A stretch of DNA of 53,721 nt, from positions 1-53,721 of the forward strand of contig JBHWSH010000402.1 in NCBI GenBank assembly GCA_043427135.1, given 5' to 3'. Source of the DNA: Marmoricola sp. GTDB lineage: Bacteria; Actinomycetota; Actinomycetes; Propionibacteriales; Nocardioidaceae. Of this stretch, positions 1 through 9,482 are shown piece after piece. The notes beneath the pieces are model-generated. The model worked only from the letters and a program-made list of their open reading frames with translations, made no database searches and had not been told where the DNA came from. Each line of letters starts with the position of its first letter. Position 1 is the stretch's first letter. The translations under genes and the position numbers were made by a program.

Positions 1-5
1 CCGGG

Positions 6-1064
6 GTGCTGAAGACCCGCCCGGCTGGCATGCCGAGTGCGGGCGCAGCGGACTCGCAGCGGATCGAGTCGGCCAGGGTGACGCAGGACATCGAGGGCTA
101 CCGGGTCAAGGCGACCGTCGTGCTGCACGCTGCGCCTGGGCCCGGCGCCACGCTCGCGGTCGGCTTCGGCGCCGCCGACGGCACTGCCTGCGTCTCCGAA
201 GCCACCTACACGACGCCCACCACCGGCACGCCCAGCGCGGGGTTCTCCGTGTCCGGACGCACCGTCACGCTCGACGGCGACTCGGTCGATGCCCGCGTCG
301 GTGACTGGAACTGCGCCTTCGTCGCCACTGGCAGCCCCGACGACACGACGTACGACGCCCTGATCGGCGACTTGAAGGACGTCCACGCCAAACCGACGTT
401 GAAGGTGGGAGCCGTCGAGCTCCTGGACCGCGAGCAGAAGCGACTCCGCTTGGTGCCGAAGGCGTGGACCCCACTCGAGGTCACCGTCTCCAACCCCGGC
501 CGCTACCAGGCGTTCGACGTGAAGCTCGCGGGCAGCGGCAAGAGCGTGAAAATCCGTGGCGCAAAGGTCGGCTGGCTGAACAGGGGCGGCAAGGCCGTCG
601 CGCGGGTGCAGGTCAAGCTGACCCGCAAGACCGCCACCACGCTCAAGCTCGTCGCGCGCAGCGGCGGCGCGAAGGCGGTGCGCAAGATCAAGGTGGCGCC
701 GGTCAAGGCACCGCGGCGACCGGCGGCCGGCTCGTACAGCACCGGCGCGAAGCCGGGGAAGATCACCTTCAAGGTCGCCGGCGGCAAGGTGAAGGCGTTC
801 AAGGCCCGCGGCGTCCGGATGACGTGTCGCGCACCCGGCGAGGTCGGTGCGACCTATCGGCTCGTCAACCTGAACTTCCCGAAGGCCGTCAAGGTCCCGA
901 GCAATGGCATCGTCGACGTCCTGCACGAGTGGAGCCAGGGCAACGCGTGGTACCGCGCTCGTCTGCAGATGCGGATCGACGGACCCAAGGTGATGCAAGG
1001 GAACTTCAACTACGTCACTGCCGACTGGTGTCGGGTCGACACCGACTTCACCGCCCGCCGCTGA
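6..1064 (+). CDS. Secreted/surface hypothetical protein with acidic N-terminal and Lys-rich beta-sandwich-like C-terminal regions; probably 5'-incomplete at the window edge
   Basis: 352-aa ORF with GC3-biased codons, beta-rich Thr/Val/Lys composition and paired cysteines. Confidence 0.6.
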   Translation: MLKTRPAGMPSAGAADSQRIESARVTQDIEGYRVKATVVLHAAPGPGATLAVGFGAADGTACVSEATYTTPTTGTPSAGFSVSGRTVTLDGDSVDARVGDWNCAFVATGSPDDTTYDALIGDLKDVHAKPTLKVGAVELLDREQKRLRLVPKAWTPLEVTVSNPGRYQAFDVKLAGSGKSVKIRGAKVGWLNRGGKAVARVQVKLTRKTATTLKLVARSGGAKAVRKIKVAPVKAPRRPAAGSYSTGAKPGKITFKVAGGKVKAFKARGVRMTCRAPGEVGATYRLVNLNFPKAVKVPSNGIVDVLHEWSQGNAWYRARLQMRIDGPKVMQGNFNYVTADWCRVDTDFTARR

Positions 1065-1113
1065 GGCTCCGCTGCACACCTGTCTGACCCGCCCGCGAAA
1101 TCGGGCTGCCTTC

Positions 1114-1135
1114 TGTCGGTGAGGACGAGTAGCGT
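1114..1135 (+). promoter_or_regulatory. PafBC/RecA-NDp-type promoter motif TGTCGG-N10-TAGCGT
   Basis: Exact fit to the actinobacterial consensus TGTCGG-N10-TANNNT, 28 bp upstream of ATG 1164. Confidence 0.5.
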
Positions 1136-1163
1136 CGTTGCACCACGACGGAAGGGGCCGCGC

Positions 1164-2145
1164 ATGGCCGGCACACGGGTACTGGTCGGCACGCGCAAGG
1201 GCGCCTTCGTGCTGACCTCCGACGAGCGGCGTACGGACTGGGAGATCAGCGGGCCGCACTTCCCCGGGTGGGAGATACGACGGCATCCCCGGCCAGCACC
1301 AGTGGTACGACGGATCGCTGCGGCCGTGGGAGTTCCAGCGGATCTGGCACCTCGAGCCGTCGCTGCACGACCCCGAGACCGTCTACGCCGGCGCCGAGGA
1401 CGCAGCGCTGTTCAAGTCCACCGACGGTGGCGTCTCCTGGTCGGAGCTGTCCGGGCTGAGGCGGCACGACAGCGGTGAGCAGTGGCAGCCCGGCGCCGGC
1501 GGCATGTGCTTGCACACGATCCTGCAGCACCCCACCGACCCGGACCGGATGTACGTCGCGATCTCCGCGGCCGGTGCGTTCCGCACGGTCGACGGCGGCA
1601 CGACGTGGCAGCCGATCAACAAGGGGCTGAGCTCCGGTGAGATCCCCGAGGAGCAGGCGGAGGTGGGGCACTGCGTGCACCGCATCGACCTGCACCCCAG
1701 CAACCCCGACGTGCTCTACATGCAGAAGCACTGGGACGTCATGCGCAGCGACGACGGCGGGGGTCGGTGGCACGAGGTCAGCGGCGACCTGCCCAGCGAC
1801 TTCGGCTTCCCGATCGCGGTGCACGCACACGAGCCGCAGACCGTCTACGTCGTGCCGATCACCAGCGACACCTACCACGTCCCGGTCGACGGCAAGCTGC
1901 GCGTCTACCGCACCCGCACCGGCGGCGACAGCTGGGAGCCGCTGACCGAGGGCCTGCCGCAGGAGCACTGCTACGTCAACGTGCTGCGCGACGCGATGGC
2001 CGTCGACCAGCACGAGTCGTGCGGCATCTACTTCGGTACGACGGGCGGCCAGGTCTACGCCTCCGCCGACTCCGGCGACACCTGGGCTCCGATCGTGCGC
2101 GACCTGCCGGCCGTGCTGTCGGTCGAGGTCCAGACGCTCGCATGA
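1164..2145 (+). pseudogene. BNR/Asp-box repeat (sialidase-like) beta-propeller protein, broken by an internal deletion plus frameshift at ~1276
   Basis: N-terminus [20 protein letters not shown]...GPHFPGWEI jumps to another frame reading [13 protein letters not shown]...; that frame carries repeated S/TxDGGxTW Asp-boxes up to stop 2145. Confidence 0.85.
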
Positions 2146-2459
2146 GCCACTCGACGGCCCACTCGATCCGGGTCACGCTGCCGGCGCATCTGCGGGCGAT
2201 GGCCAAGGTGCACGGGGAGGTCGTCATCGAGGTGCTCGACGACGTCACCCAGCGCACTGTGCTCGACGCGCTCGAGGCGGCGTACCCGATGCTGTGCGGC
2301 ACGATCCGCGACCGCGCCAACGGTCGGCGGCGAGCGTTCGTGCGGTTCTTCGCGTGTCGGGAGGACCGGTCTCACGACGACCCCGACGTGCCCCTGCCCG
2401 ATCGGGTCGTGGCCGGTGAGGAGCCGTTCATGGTCGTCGGCGCGATGGCGGGCGGCTGA
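2142..2459 (+). CDS. MoaD/ThiS family ubiquitin-like sulfur carrier
   Basis: [10 protein letters not shown]...[10 protein letters not shown]...AMAGG with C-terminal Gly-Gly; ATGA overlap with the upstream stop. Confidence 0.85.
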   Translation: MSHSTAHSIRVTLPAHLRAMAKVHGEVVIEVLDDVTQRTVLDALEAAYPMLCGTIRDRANGRRRAFVRFFACREDRSHDDPDVPLPDRVVAGEEPFMVVGAMAGG

Positions 2460-2464
2460 GCGTT

Positions 2465-2875
2465 GTGTCGCAGCCGCCGGACGAGGGGCCGTTCTTCCAC
2501 GGCACCAAGGCCGACCTCCGGGTCGGTGACCTGATCGAACCCGGCCGCGCGTCCAACTTCGGGACGCGGCAGCAGGCCAACTTCGTCTATCTCACCGCGA
2601 CCATGGACGCCGCGGTGTGGGGCGCCGAGCTGGCAGTTGAGGAGGGGCCGGGGCGGATCTACGAGGTCGAGCCCACCGGGCCGTTCGAGGACGACCCGAA
2701 CCTGACCGACAAGAAGTTCCCCGGCAACCCGACCAGGTCGTACCGCACGCGCGACCCGCTCCGCGTCGTACGCGAAGTGGCCGACTGGGAGCCGCACCCG
2801 CCCGAGGTGCTACAGCACATGCGCGACCGGCTGGAGGAGTTGAAGCGTCAGGGCGTCGAGGCGATCAACGAGTAG
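2465..2875 (+). CDS. arr: NAD(+)--rifampin ADP-ribosyltransferase
   Basis: FFHGTKADL, SNF, VYLT, WGAELA and EDDPNLTDKKFPGNPTRSYR are typical Arr motifs. Confidence 0.95.
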   Translation: MSQPPDEGPFFHGTKADLRVGDLIEPGRASNFGTRQQANFVYLTATMDAAVWGAELAVEEGPGRIYEVEPTGPFEDDPNLTDKKFPGNPTRSYRTRDPLRVVREVADWEPHPPEVLQHMRDRLEELKRQGVEAINE

Positions 2876-2908
2876 GTGCTTCGCCGGGAGGGCGCCGCGC
2901 CACGGGCG

Positions 2909-3637
2909 TCAGCCGTCGAGGACGTGGCGGAGGTAGCGGCGCGGGTCGTCGAGGTAGCGGCGCCAGTGGTCGACCAGCTCGAGCTCCTCCCACGTCGTCG
3001 GGCGGAGTCCCCAGGGGCCGGCTTCGATCAGGTGCGCGCCGGGCAGGGCGGCGACGAGCGGTGAGTGAGTCGCGCAGAGCACCTGGGCGCCGGCCGCTGC
3101 GATGTCGTGCAGCGTCGCGACCAGCGCGATCTGGGCGCTGAACGACAGCGCCGCCTCCGGCTCGTCGAGGCAGTAGAGGCCCGGTGAGTCGAACCGGGTT
3201 CGCAGCAGCTCGAGGAACGACTCGCCGTGGCTCATCTCGTGGAACGGCGTCGCGTCGTACTCCTCCATGCGTGTGAAGTAGCCGTGCATGGTCTCGGCCC
3301 GCAGGAAGAACCCCCACCGCGACGCTCCGGCGGAGCGTTCGAGCGTGATCCAACGATGCAGCGGCGACTCGGTGGCGCGGGTGCCCTGCTGGACGTTGCG
3401 GGTGCCGCCCTCGGGCGCCAGTCCGAAGGCCATCGCCACCGCTTCGACGATCGTCGACTTGCCGGTGCCGTTCTCGCCGACCAGCAGCGTCACACCGGCC
3501 GGCAGGTCCAGCCCCTCACGCAGCAGCTGGGCGACGGCCGGGACGGTCGCCGGCCACTGCGGGTCTGCGGGCGCCCGCCCGTTCGGCACCACGCGGCGTA
3601 CGGAGCGCTGGTCGTTGATCCAGTCGCGGCCCGCCAT
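2909..3637 (-). CDS. AAA/ABC-type ATPase (standalone predicted ATPase)
   Basis: Walker A GENGTGKS, signature SHGESF, Walker B CLDEPE, H-loop ATHSP. Confidence 0.9.
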   Translation of the reverse strand: MAGRDWINDQRSVRRVVPNGRAPADPQWPATVPAVAQLLREGLDLPAGVTLLVGENGTGKSTIVEAVAMAFGLAPEGGTRNVQQGTRATESPLHRWITLERSAGASRWGFFLRAETMHGYFTRMEEYDATPFHEMSHGESFLELLRTRFDSPGLYCLDEPEAALSFSAQIALVATLHDIAAAGAQVLCATHSPLVAALPGAHLIEAGPWGLRPTTWEELELVDHWRRYLDDPRRYLRHVLDG

Positions 3638-3759
3638 GCCGGGAGGGTACGCCGCGCAGCACTTCCGCAGGCTCGTGGACGCATCGCCAGGGGCACACCC
3701 CTTGTCCAGTGTCCGTAACCCCGCGTTACATGACCTCACCGACACAGGAGGGCGACGCG

Positions 3760-4191
3760 ATGGCGAAGAGCGACCAGGGCGGATTCAGTGCGGCCGAGCG
3801 CGAGGCCATGAAGGCGCGGGCCGAGGAGTTGCGCGCGGAGAAGGGCGGCAACAAGAAGGCCAAGGAGCTGGAGAAGCTCATCGAGACGATCGAGGCGATG
3901 CCGGACGGCGACCGCGAGCTTGCGGCCGGGCTGCACTCCCTCGTGACAGAGACGGCGCCCGAGCTCGACGGCCGCACCTGGTACGGCATGCCGGCGTGGG
4001 CCAAGGACGGCGACATCGTCTTCTTCATGCAGCCGGCCGGGAAGTTCGAGACCCGCTACTCGACGGTCGGGTTCAACGACGTGGCCAAGCTCGACGACGG
4101 TGACATGTGGCCGACGTCGTTCGCCGTCACGAGCCTCACGCCGCAGGTGCGGGAGCGGATCGCCGAGCTGCTCCGCCGAGCGCTGGGCTGA
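3760..4191 (+). CDS. DUF1801/YdhG-like protein
   Basis: TWYGMPAWAKDG, KFETRYSTVGF, MWPTSFA; AGGAGG RBS. Confidence 0.85.
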   Translation: MAKSDQGGFSAAEREAMKARAEELRAEKGGNKKAKELEKLIETIEAMPDGDRELAAGLHSLVTETAPELDGRTWYGMPAWAKDGDIVFFMQPAGKFETRYSTVGFNDVAKLDDGDMWPTSFAVTSLTPQVRERIAELLRRALG

Positions 4192-4208
4192 CCGGGTCGT
4201 CCGCGGGC

Positions 4209-4249
4209 TCCGGAGTCTGTGACTCACCAGTTGGGTCACAGACTCCGGA
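4209..4249. repeat. Palindromic repeat family A, copy 1 (CCGGAGTCTGTGA...TCACAGACTCCGG), between convergent genes
   Basis: Near-perfect hairpin; related copies at 8035, 22491, 26082 and 51241. Confidence 0.85.
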
Positions 4250-4254
4250 ACCCC

Positions 4255-4833
4255 TCAATGCGCCGGTGCCTGCCAGTCGGGGTCGCGGCCGATGAAGCCG
4301 AGGAGCTTCGTCTGCCAGTCGGCGTCGGCCGGCACGGGCACCTTCGCGCCGTACTGCCCGCTTGCCCGCAGCGCCTCGTCCATGGGTTCCATGCCTTCGA
4401 ACAATGCGCGGCAATGTTCCTCGTCGAGGCGGTCGTCCTGCCCGGTCGCGCGAGCGAGGTCCCAGGTGTGCATGAAGACGTCGGCGGTGTAGAAGGTCGA
4501 GATCGCCTGAGGGACCGGCATCTCAGGCAGTGGTGGGTGCTTCAAGACGCGGTCGGCGTACGCCGGGTCGTCCAGCACCGCTTGCACCGACCCCGTGTGG
4601 TGCTCCCAGGCGGCGATCGGGTCGTGGTCGACGTCCGGTCCGGCGGGGAGCTCGATCGAGGATCCGCCGGCGAGGAACCCCGGAAGCCACGACGTGAGAT
4701 GCCGTACGACGTCGCGCGCGACCCAGCCCTCGACCGGGGCGGGTGCATCCCAGTCGCCGACGGAACGGACCTTCTCGGTGAACGTCGCCGCGATACTGCT
4801 GTGCTCCGCGGCAGGATCGGTCGGGATGCTCAT
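4255..4833 (-). CDS. TIGR03086-like / mycothiol maleylpyruvate isomerase (DinB-fold) metal-binding protein
   Basis: WDAPAPVEGWVARDVVRHL and DVFMHTWDLARATG motifs. Confidence 0.85.
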   Translation of the reverse strand: MSIPTDPAAEHSSIAATFTEKVRSVGDWDAPAPVEGWVARDVVRHLTSWLPGFLAGGSSIELPAGPDVDHDPIAAWEHHTGSVQAVLDDPAYADRVLKHPPLPEMPVPQAISTFYTADVFMHTWDLARATGQDDRLDEEHCRALFEGMEPMDEALRASGQYGAKVPVPADADWQTKLLGFIGRDPDWQAPAH

Positions 4834-4890
4834 GGTTCACAGCGTGCCGTCCCGGCGCCCCGCTGTCACTAGCGCTGGAAAGATGAGCGC

Positions 4891-6528
4891 GTGACCGACC
4901 ACGCCGACCTCGTCATCGCCGGCGGTCGCGTCTGGACAGGGGCGAGCGACCGACCCGGGACGGGCGCCGTGGCGGCCCGCGGCGACCGGATCGTCGCGCT
5001 GGACCCGGAGCACGCCGTCGCATTGACCGGCCCGCGCACCGAGGTGATCGACGCTCGTGGCGGGCTGGTCCTGGCGGGGTTCCAGGACGCGCACGTGCAC
5101 GCGCCGTTCGCCGGACGCAACCGCCTGCACGTCTGGCTCAACGACCTCGACGGGCGCCGCGCCTACCTCGACCACATCGCGTCGTACGCCGCGGCGAACC
5201 CCGGCCAGGAGTGGATCATCGGCGGTGGCTGGGCGATGGAGCACTTCCCCGGAGGTACGCCGCGCAGGGAGGACCTCGACGCGATCGTCCCGGACCGTCC
5301 GGTCTTCCTCATGAACCGCGACGTGCACGGTGCCTGGGCCAACTCCCGGGCGCTCCAGATCGCCGGCATCACAGCCGACACCGCCGACCCGGCCGACGGG
5401 CGCATCGAGCGCGACCCGCGCACCGGCGAGCCGACAGGCACGCTGCACGAGGGGGCGGCGTACTCCTTCCAGGACCGCATCCTGCCGACCCCGTCCCGCG
5501 AGGACTGGGAGACGGCGATCCTCGACGCGCAGGATCACCTGCACTCGTTGGGGATCACCGGCTGGCAGGACGCCTGGGTGACGCCCGCGACGCTCGCGGC
5601 GTACCGCTCGCTGGCCGAGGCGGGTCGGCTGACCGCGCGCGTGGTCGGTGCGCTGTGGTGGGACCGGCACCGCGAGCTCGACCAGGTGTCGGAGTTCCTT
5701 GCTGCGCGGGAGAGCGCGACGGTCGGCAACTTCCATCCGACGTCGGTCAAGATCATGACCGACGGCGTGCTGGAGAACTACACGGGCGCGCTGCTCGAGC
5801 CGTACTGCGACGGCTGCGGTGGGCATACCGACAACCACGGGCTGTCCTACGTCGAGCAGGAGCTGTTGGAGGCTGCGCTCGTCGACCTCGACCGGCACGG
5901 GTTCCAAGTGCACCTGCACGCGATCGGCGACCGCGCCGTACGCAATTCGCTCGATGCCATCGCCGCTGCGCGCCAAGCCAACGGCGTCAGGGACAACCGG
6001 CACCACATCGCCCATGTGCAGCTCATCGACCCGGCCGACGTGCCGCGGTTCGCGCAGCTCGGAGCGGTCGCGAACCTGCAGGCCTACTGGGCGCAGAGCG
6101 AGCCGCAGATGGAGGAGCTGACGATCCCGTTCCTGGGTCGGGATCGGGCACATCGGCAGTATCCGTTCGCCGACCTGCTGCGGGCCGGCGCGCGGCTGGC
6201 GATGGGCTCGGACTGGTCGGTCACGACGGCGGACCCGTTGCAGGAGATCGAGGTCGCGGTGACCCGGGTCGACCCCGACCACCGGGACAACGCGCCGTTC
6301 CTGCCCGAGCAGGCGCTCGACCTGGCGACCGCGGTGTCGGCGTTCACGCGCGGGTCGGCGTACGTCAACCACGACGCCGACGGCGGGGTCCTCGAAGTCG
6401 GCAAGCGCGCGGACATCGCAGTGCTCGACCGCGACCTGACCGACGCGTCGGCCGGGCTGCCGGGTGATGCGCAGGTGACGCACACGATCGCCTCCGGGTC
6501 AGTGGTCTTTCGACTCCCCGGTGGTTGA
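4891..6528 (+). CDS. Amidohydrolase 3 family (YtcJ-like)
   Basis: GFQDAHVH, HAIGDRA, HIAHVQ, GSDW, GKRADIAVLD. Confidence 0.92.
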   Translation: MTDHADLVIAGGRVWTGASDRPGTGAVAARGDRIVALDPEHAVALTGPRTEVIDARGGLVLAGFQDAHVHAPFAGRNRLHVWLNDLDGRRAYLDHIASYAAANPGQEWIIGGGWAMEHFPGGTPRREDLDAIVPDRPVFLMNRDVHGAWANSRALQIAGITADTADPADGRIERDPRTGEPTGTLHEGAAYSFQDRILPTPSREDWETAILDAQDHLHSLGITGWQDAWVTPATLAAYRSLAEAGRLTARVVGALWWDRHRELDQVSEFLAARESATVGNFHPTSVKIMTDGVLENYTGALLEPYCDGCGGHTDNHGLSYVEQELLEAALVDLDRHGFQVHLHAIGDRAVRNSLDAIAAARQANGVRDNRHHIAHVQLIDPADVPRFAQLGAVANLQAYWAQSEPQMEELTIPFLGRDRAHRQYPFADLLRAGARLAMGSDWSVTTADPLQEIEVAVTRVDPDHRDNAPFLPEQALDLATAVSAFTRGSAYVNHDADGGVLEVGKRADIAVLDRDLTDASAGLPGDAQVTHTIASGSVVFRLPGG

Positions 6529-6593
6529 GGCGGGCGAGGAACGAGCGACCCCCGGTGGTTGAGGAGGGCGAGGAACGAGCCCGTCTCGAAACC
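6516..6593 (+). repeat. Repeat family B (GGTGGTTGAGGA-stem-GTCTCGAAACC), one partial plus one full copy; supplies the amidohydrolase stop codon
   Basis: CCCCGGTGGTTGAGG(C/A)GGGCGAGGAACGAGC occurs twice in tandem. Confidence 0.8.
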
Positions 6594-6627
6594 TCCGGCC
6601 GCCCGCCGAGCCGATAGTTTCGGCGCC

Positions 6628-8010
6628 ATGACCTCATGCGACCTACCCACCGGTTTCGGACCCGAATTCGACTGGGGAGTGGCCACCGCGTCGTACCAGA
6701 TAGAAGGCGCGGTCACCGAAGGCGGCCGCGGGCCGTCGGTGTGGGACACCTTCAGCCACGAGCCGGGCCGCACCAAGGACGGCGACACCGGCGACGTGGC
6801 GTGCGACCACTACCACCGCTATCCCGAGGACATCGCGCTGATGAACGACCTCGGGGTGGGCACCTACCGGTTCTCGTTCGCGTGGCCGCGGATCCAGCCC
6901 GAGGGCAGCGGTCCGGCCAACCCTGCAGGGCTCGACTTCTACGACCGCCTCGTCGACGGGCTGTTGGAGGCAGGCGTCCGCCCCTGCCCGACGCTGTTCC
7001 ACTGGGACACCCCGCAGGCGTTGCAGGACCGCGGCGGCTGGCTCGACCGCGACATCGCCGACCGGTTCGCCGAGTACGCCGCGATCCTGGGCGAGCGCTT
7101 CGCCGACCGGATCGACCAGTGGGCCACGCTCAACGAGCCGATGGTCGTCACGCTCTACGGCCACGCGCTCGGCATCCACGCCCCCGGTCAGGCGCTGATG
7201 TACGACGCGCTGCCGGCCGCGCATCACCAGCTCCTCGCCCACGGGCGGGCCACGCAGGCGCTGCGCGCGGCCGGCGTACGACGTGTGGGGATCGTCAACA
7301 ACCTGGCACCCACCTGGCCCGCGTCGCAGTCCGACGACGACCGTGCGGCGGCTGCGCTCTACGACGACCTGGTCAACTGGACCTTCACCGACCCGGTGCT
7401 CCGCGGCGCGTATCCGGAGTCGATGACCGACCTCATGGTCGAACGCGTCGCTGCGCGGGTGCCCGGCTTCGACCACGACGCCCTGGCCGCCGACCTGGGC
7501 GTGATCGCTCAGCCGCTGGACTGGTTCGGCGTGAACCATTACTTCCCCGCGCTCATCGGCGCACCGGCGGATCCGGCCGCGGAGCTGCCGTTCGACATGG
7601 GCCTGGTCGCCGACGTGCCGTACACCGACTTCGGCTGGCCGGTCGTCCCCGAAGCGTTCACCGAGCTGCTCCTCGGGCTACGCGACCGATACGGCGCAGC
7701 ACTGCCGCCGCTGGTCATCACCGAGAACGGCTGCTCCTACGCCGTCGGCCCCGACGAGACCGGGCGGGTGCGCGACGACCGTCGGATCGCCTACCTCGAC
7801 TCCTACCTGCGCGCCGCGCTGGCCGCCAAGGAAGCCGGCGTCGACCTGCGCGGCTACTACTGCTGGTCGCTGCTCGACAACTTCGAGTGGGGTGAGGGCT
7901 ACTCCCAGCGCTTCGGTCTCGTGCACGTCGACTTCGACACGCTGGTGCGCACGCCGAAGGACTCCTTCGCCTGGTACCGGGACGTCATCGCCGCCAACCG
8001 CGCCGGCTGA
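6628..8010 (+). CDS. GH1 beta-glucosidase
   Basis: WGVATASYQIEG, TLNEP acid/base, ITENG nucleophile, WSLLDNFEW. Confidence 0.95.
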   Translation: MTSCDLPTGFGPEFDWGVATASYQIEGAVTEGGRGPSVWDTFSHEPGRTKDGDTGDVACDHYHRYPEDIALMNDLGVGTYRFSFAWPRIQPEGSGPANPAGLDFYDRLVDGLLEAGVRPCPTLFHWDTPQALQDRGGWLDRDIADRFAEYAAILGERFADRIDQWATLNEPMVVTLYGHALGIHAPGQALMYDALPAAHHQLLAHGRATQALRAAGVRRVGIVNNLAPTWPASQSDDDRAAAALYDDLVNWTFTDPVLRGAYPESMTDLMVERVAARVPGFDHDALAADLGVIAQPLDWFGVNHYFPALIGAPADPAAELPFDMGLVADVPYTDFGWPVVPEAFTELLLGLRDRYGAALPPLVITENGCSYAVGPDETGRVRDDRRIAYLDSYLRAALAAKEAGVDLRGYYCWSLLDNFEWGEGYSQRFGLVHVDFDTLVRTPKDSFAWYRDVIAANRAG

Positions 8011-8034
8011 CCTCGGTCCTTCGTCGCGCAGCTC

Positions 8035-8071
8035 CGGAGTCTTTGATCCACCTGGTGGATCAAGAACTCCG
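8035..8071. repeat. Palindromic repeat family A, copy 2, between convergent genes
   Basis: CGGAGTCTTTGATCCACCTGGTGGATCAAGAACTCCG hairpin. Confidence 0.85.
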
Positions 8072-8087
8072 CGGTCCCTGTCCTGGA

Positions 8088-8552
8088 TCAGGCGGGATCC
8101 GTCACGTCGGCGACCCGGGCGCTGAAGTGCGCGATGACCTCGTCGGCAGCGAGCGTCGCGGCCACGCCGTGCGCTCCCGCGCCGATCGAGATCGTCTCCC
8201 CGACGATCTGCTCGTCGGCAATCACCGGCAGTGCGGTCCGCGAGCCGAACGGCGTGATCGTGCCGCGCTCGTAGCCGGTCACCTCCTGGGCCGCGGCGGC
8301 GTCCGGCATCGAGATGCGGTTGACGTCGAGCAGCGCCCGCAGCTTCGGCCAGGAGATCTCCCGGTCGCCCGGGACGAGCACGAACAGGTGGTCGCCCTCG
8401 CCGCGGCGTACGACGAGGGTCTTCACGATCGCCTTCGGAGGTACGCCGCGTGCTGCCGCGGCCTCCGCCAGCGACCGGACGCGGCCGTGCCGGGTGACAG
8501 TGTGGGCGATGCCGGAGTCGGCGAGCGCTCGCAGCGCCGGGTTGGCGTCCAT
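8088..8552 (-). CDS. YbaK/EbsC aminoacyl-tRNA deacylase family
   Basis: IVKTLVV and TGYERGTITPFG motifs. Confidence 0.9.
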   Translation of the reverse strand: MDANPALRALADSGIAHTVTRHGRVRSLAEAAAARGVPPKAIVKTLVVRRGEGDHLFVLVPGDREISWPKLRALLDVNRISMPDAAAAQEVTGYERGTITPFGSRTALPVIADEQIVGETISIGAGAHGVAATLAADEVIAHFSARVADVTDPA

Positions 8553-8638
8553 AGCCTCGACAGTAGCCCCGCATCCGCGCGGCTCGGGCCCGACAAGCAC
8601 ACCGTTAGCGGGCGGCTGTGCTCGGGTAGAAGGTCGGC

Positions 8639-9415
8639 ATGGGAAGCGCGGTCGCCTTCGGCGCAGTGGCGTCGAGCGCGCTGGTCTTCGGGTCGCTCGC
8701 CGGGCTGTGGCTGAGGCTGCCCAAGCGGGTGCTCGCGTCGATGCTCGCCTTCGCCGCCGGGTCTCTGATGACGGCGCTGGCGTTCGAGCTATTCGAGCAC
8801 TCCTACGAGCAGGGTGGCCTGTGGCGCGCGGCGATCGGACTGCTCGTCGGTGCGTTGGTCTTCACCGCGATCAGTCAGTGGCTCGACCGTGCGGCGGAAG
8901 GCGCTCACGGCTCGGAGAGCGGGTCGGAGAAGCTCGATCCGAAGGCGGCCGCCTCTGACCGTGCCGCGTCCTCGGCGTCGAAGTCGGGTGCCGCCGGACT
9001 TGCGCTGCTCGCCGCGGTGACCTTGGACGGCGTACCGGAGAACCTGGCGCTCGGCATCGCCCTCGGCGAAGGCACCGGAGGTTTGGCGCTGCTGGCCGCG
9101 ATCTTCGTGTCCAACTTCCCCGAGGCCCTCGTCGGCAGCGCGTCGATGCGCGAGCAGGGGCGGTCGGCCGGGTTCGTGCTGGGCACGTGGGGGGTCTGCG
9201 CGGTGCTGCTGACAATCGCGGTCCTCGTCGGTGCTGGCCCGCTGTCGAGCGCCGACCCGACGACCATCTCGCTGCCGTTGGCGTTCGCCGCGGGAGCGGT
9301 GCTGGCGTCGTTGGCCGACACGCTGATGCCGGAGGCCTACCGGGACGGCGGGTGGGAGGTCTCGCTCGCGACGTCCGCCGGGTTCGTGCTGTCGTTCTAC
9401 CTCGCGACGCTGTGA
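8639..9415 (+). CDS. ZIP (ZupT/GufA-like) metal transporter, copy 1
   Basis: AFAAG, LDGVPENLALG, SNFPEA, LMPEA; hydrophobic; near-identical paralogue at 29857. Confidence 0.9.
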   Translation: MGSAVAFGAVASSALVFGSLAGLWLRLPKRVLASMLAFAAGSLMTALAFELFEHSYEQGGLWRAAIGLLVGALVFTAISQWLDRAAEGAHGSESGSEKLDPKAAASDRAASSASKSGAAGLALLAAVTLDGVPENLALGIALGEGTGGLALLAAIFVSNFPEALVGSASMREQGRSAGFVLGTWGVCAVLLTIAVLVGAGPLSSADPTTISLPLAFAAGAVLASLADTLMPEAYRDGGWEVSLATSAGFVLSFYLATL

Positions 9416-9482
9416 CGTCGGTGGCTCCGTGTCGTACGCCGCGCGGGCCGCAGAAGCGAGCCAGTCGCCGTACGCTCGACGC

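Noticed and set aside
3723..3744. Second PafBC-like motif on the minus strand (TGTCGG-N10-TAACGC) ahead of the ATPase gene
   Set aside because: It lacks the final conserved T of the -10 hexamer; too weak to call in GC-rich DNA.
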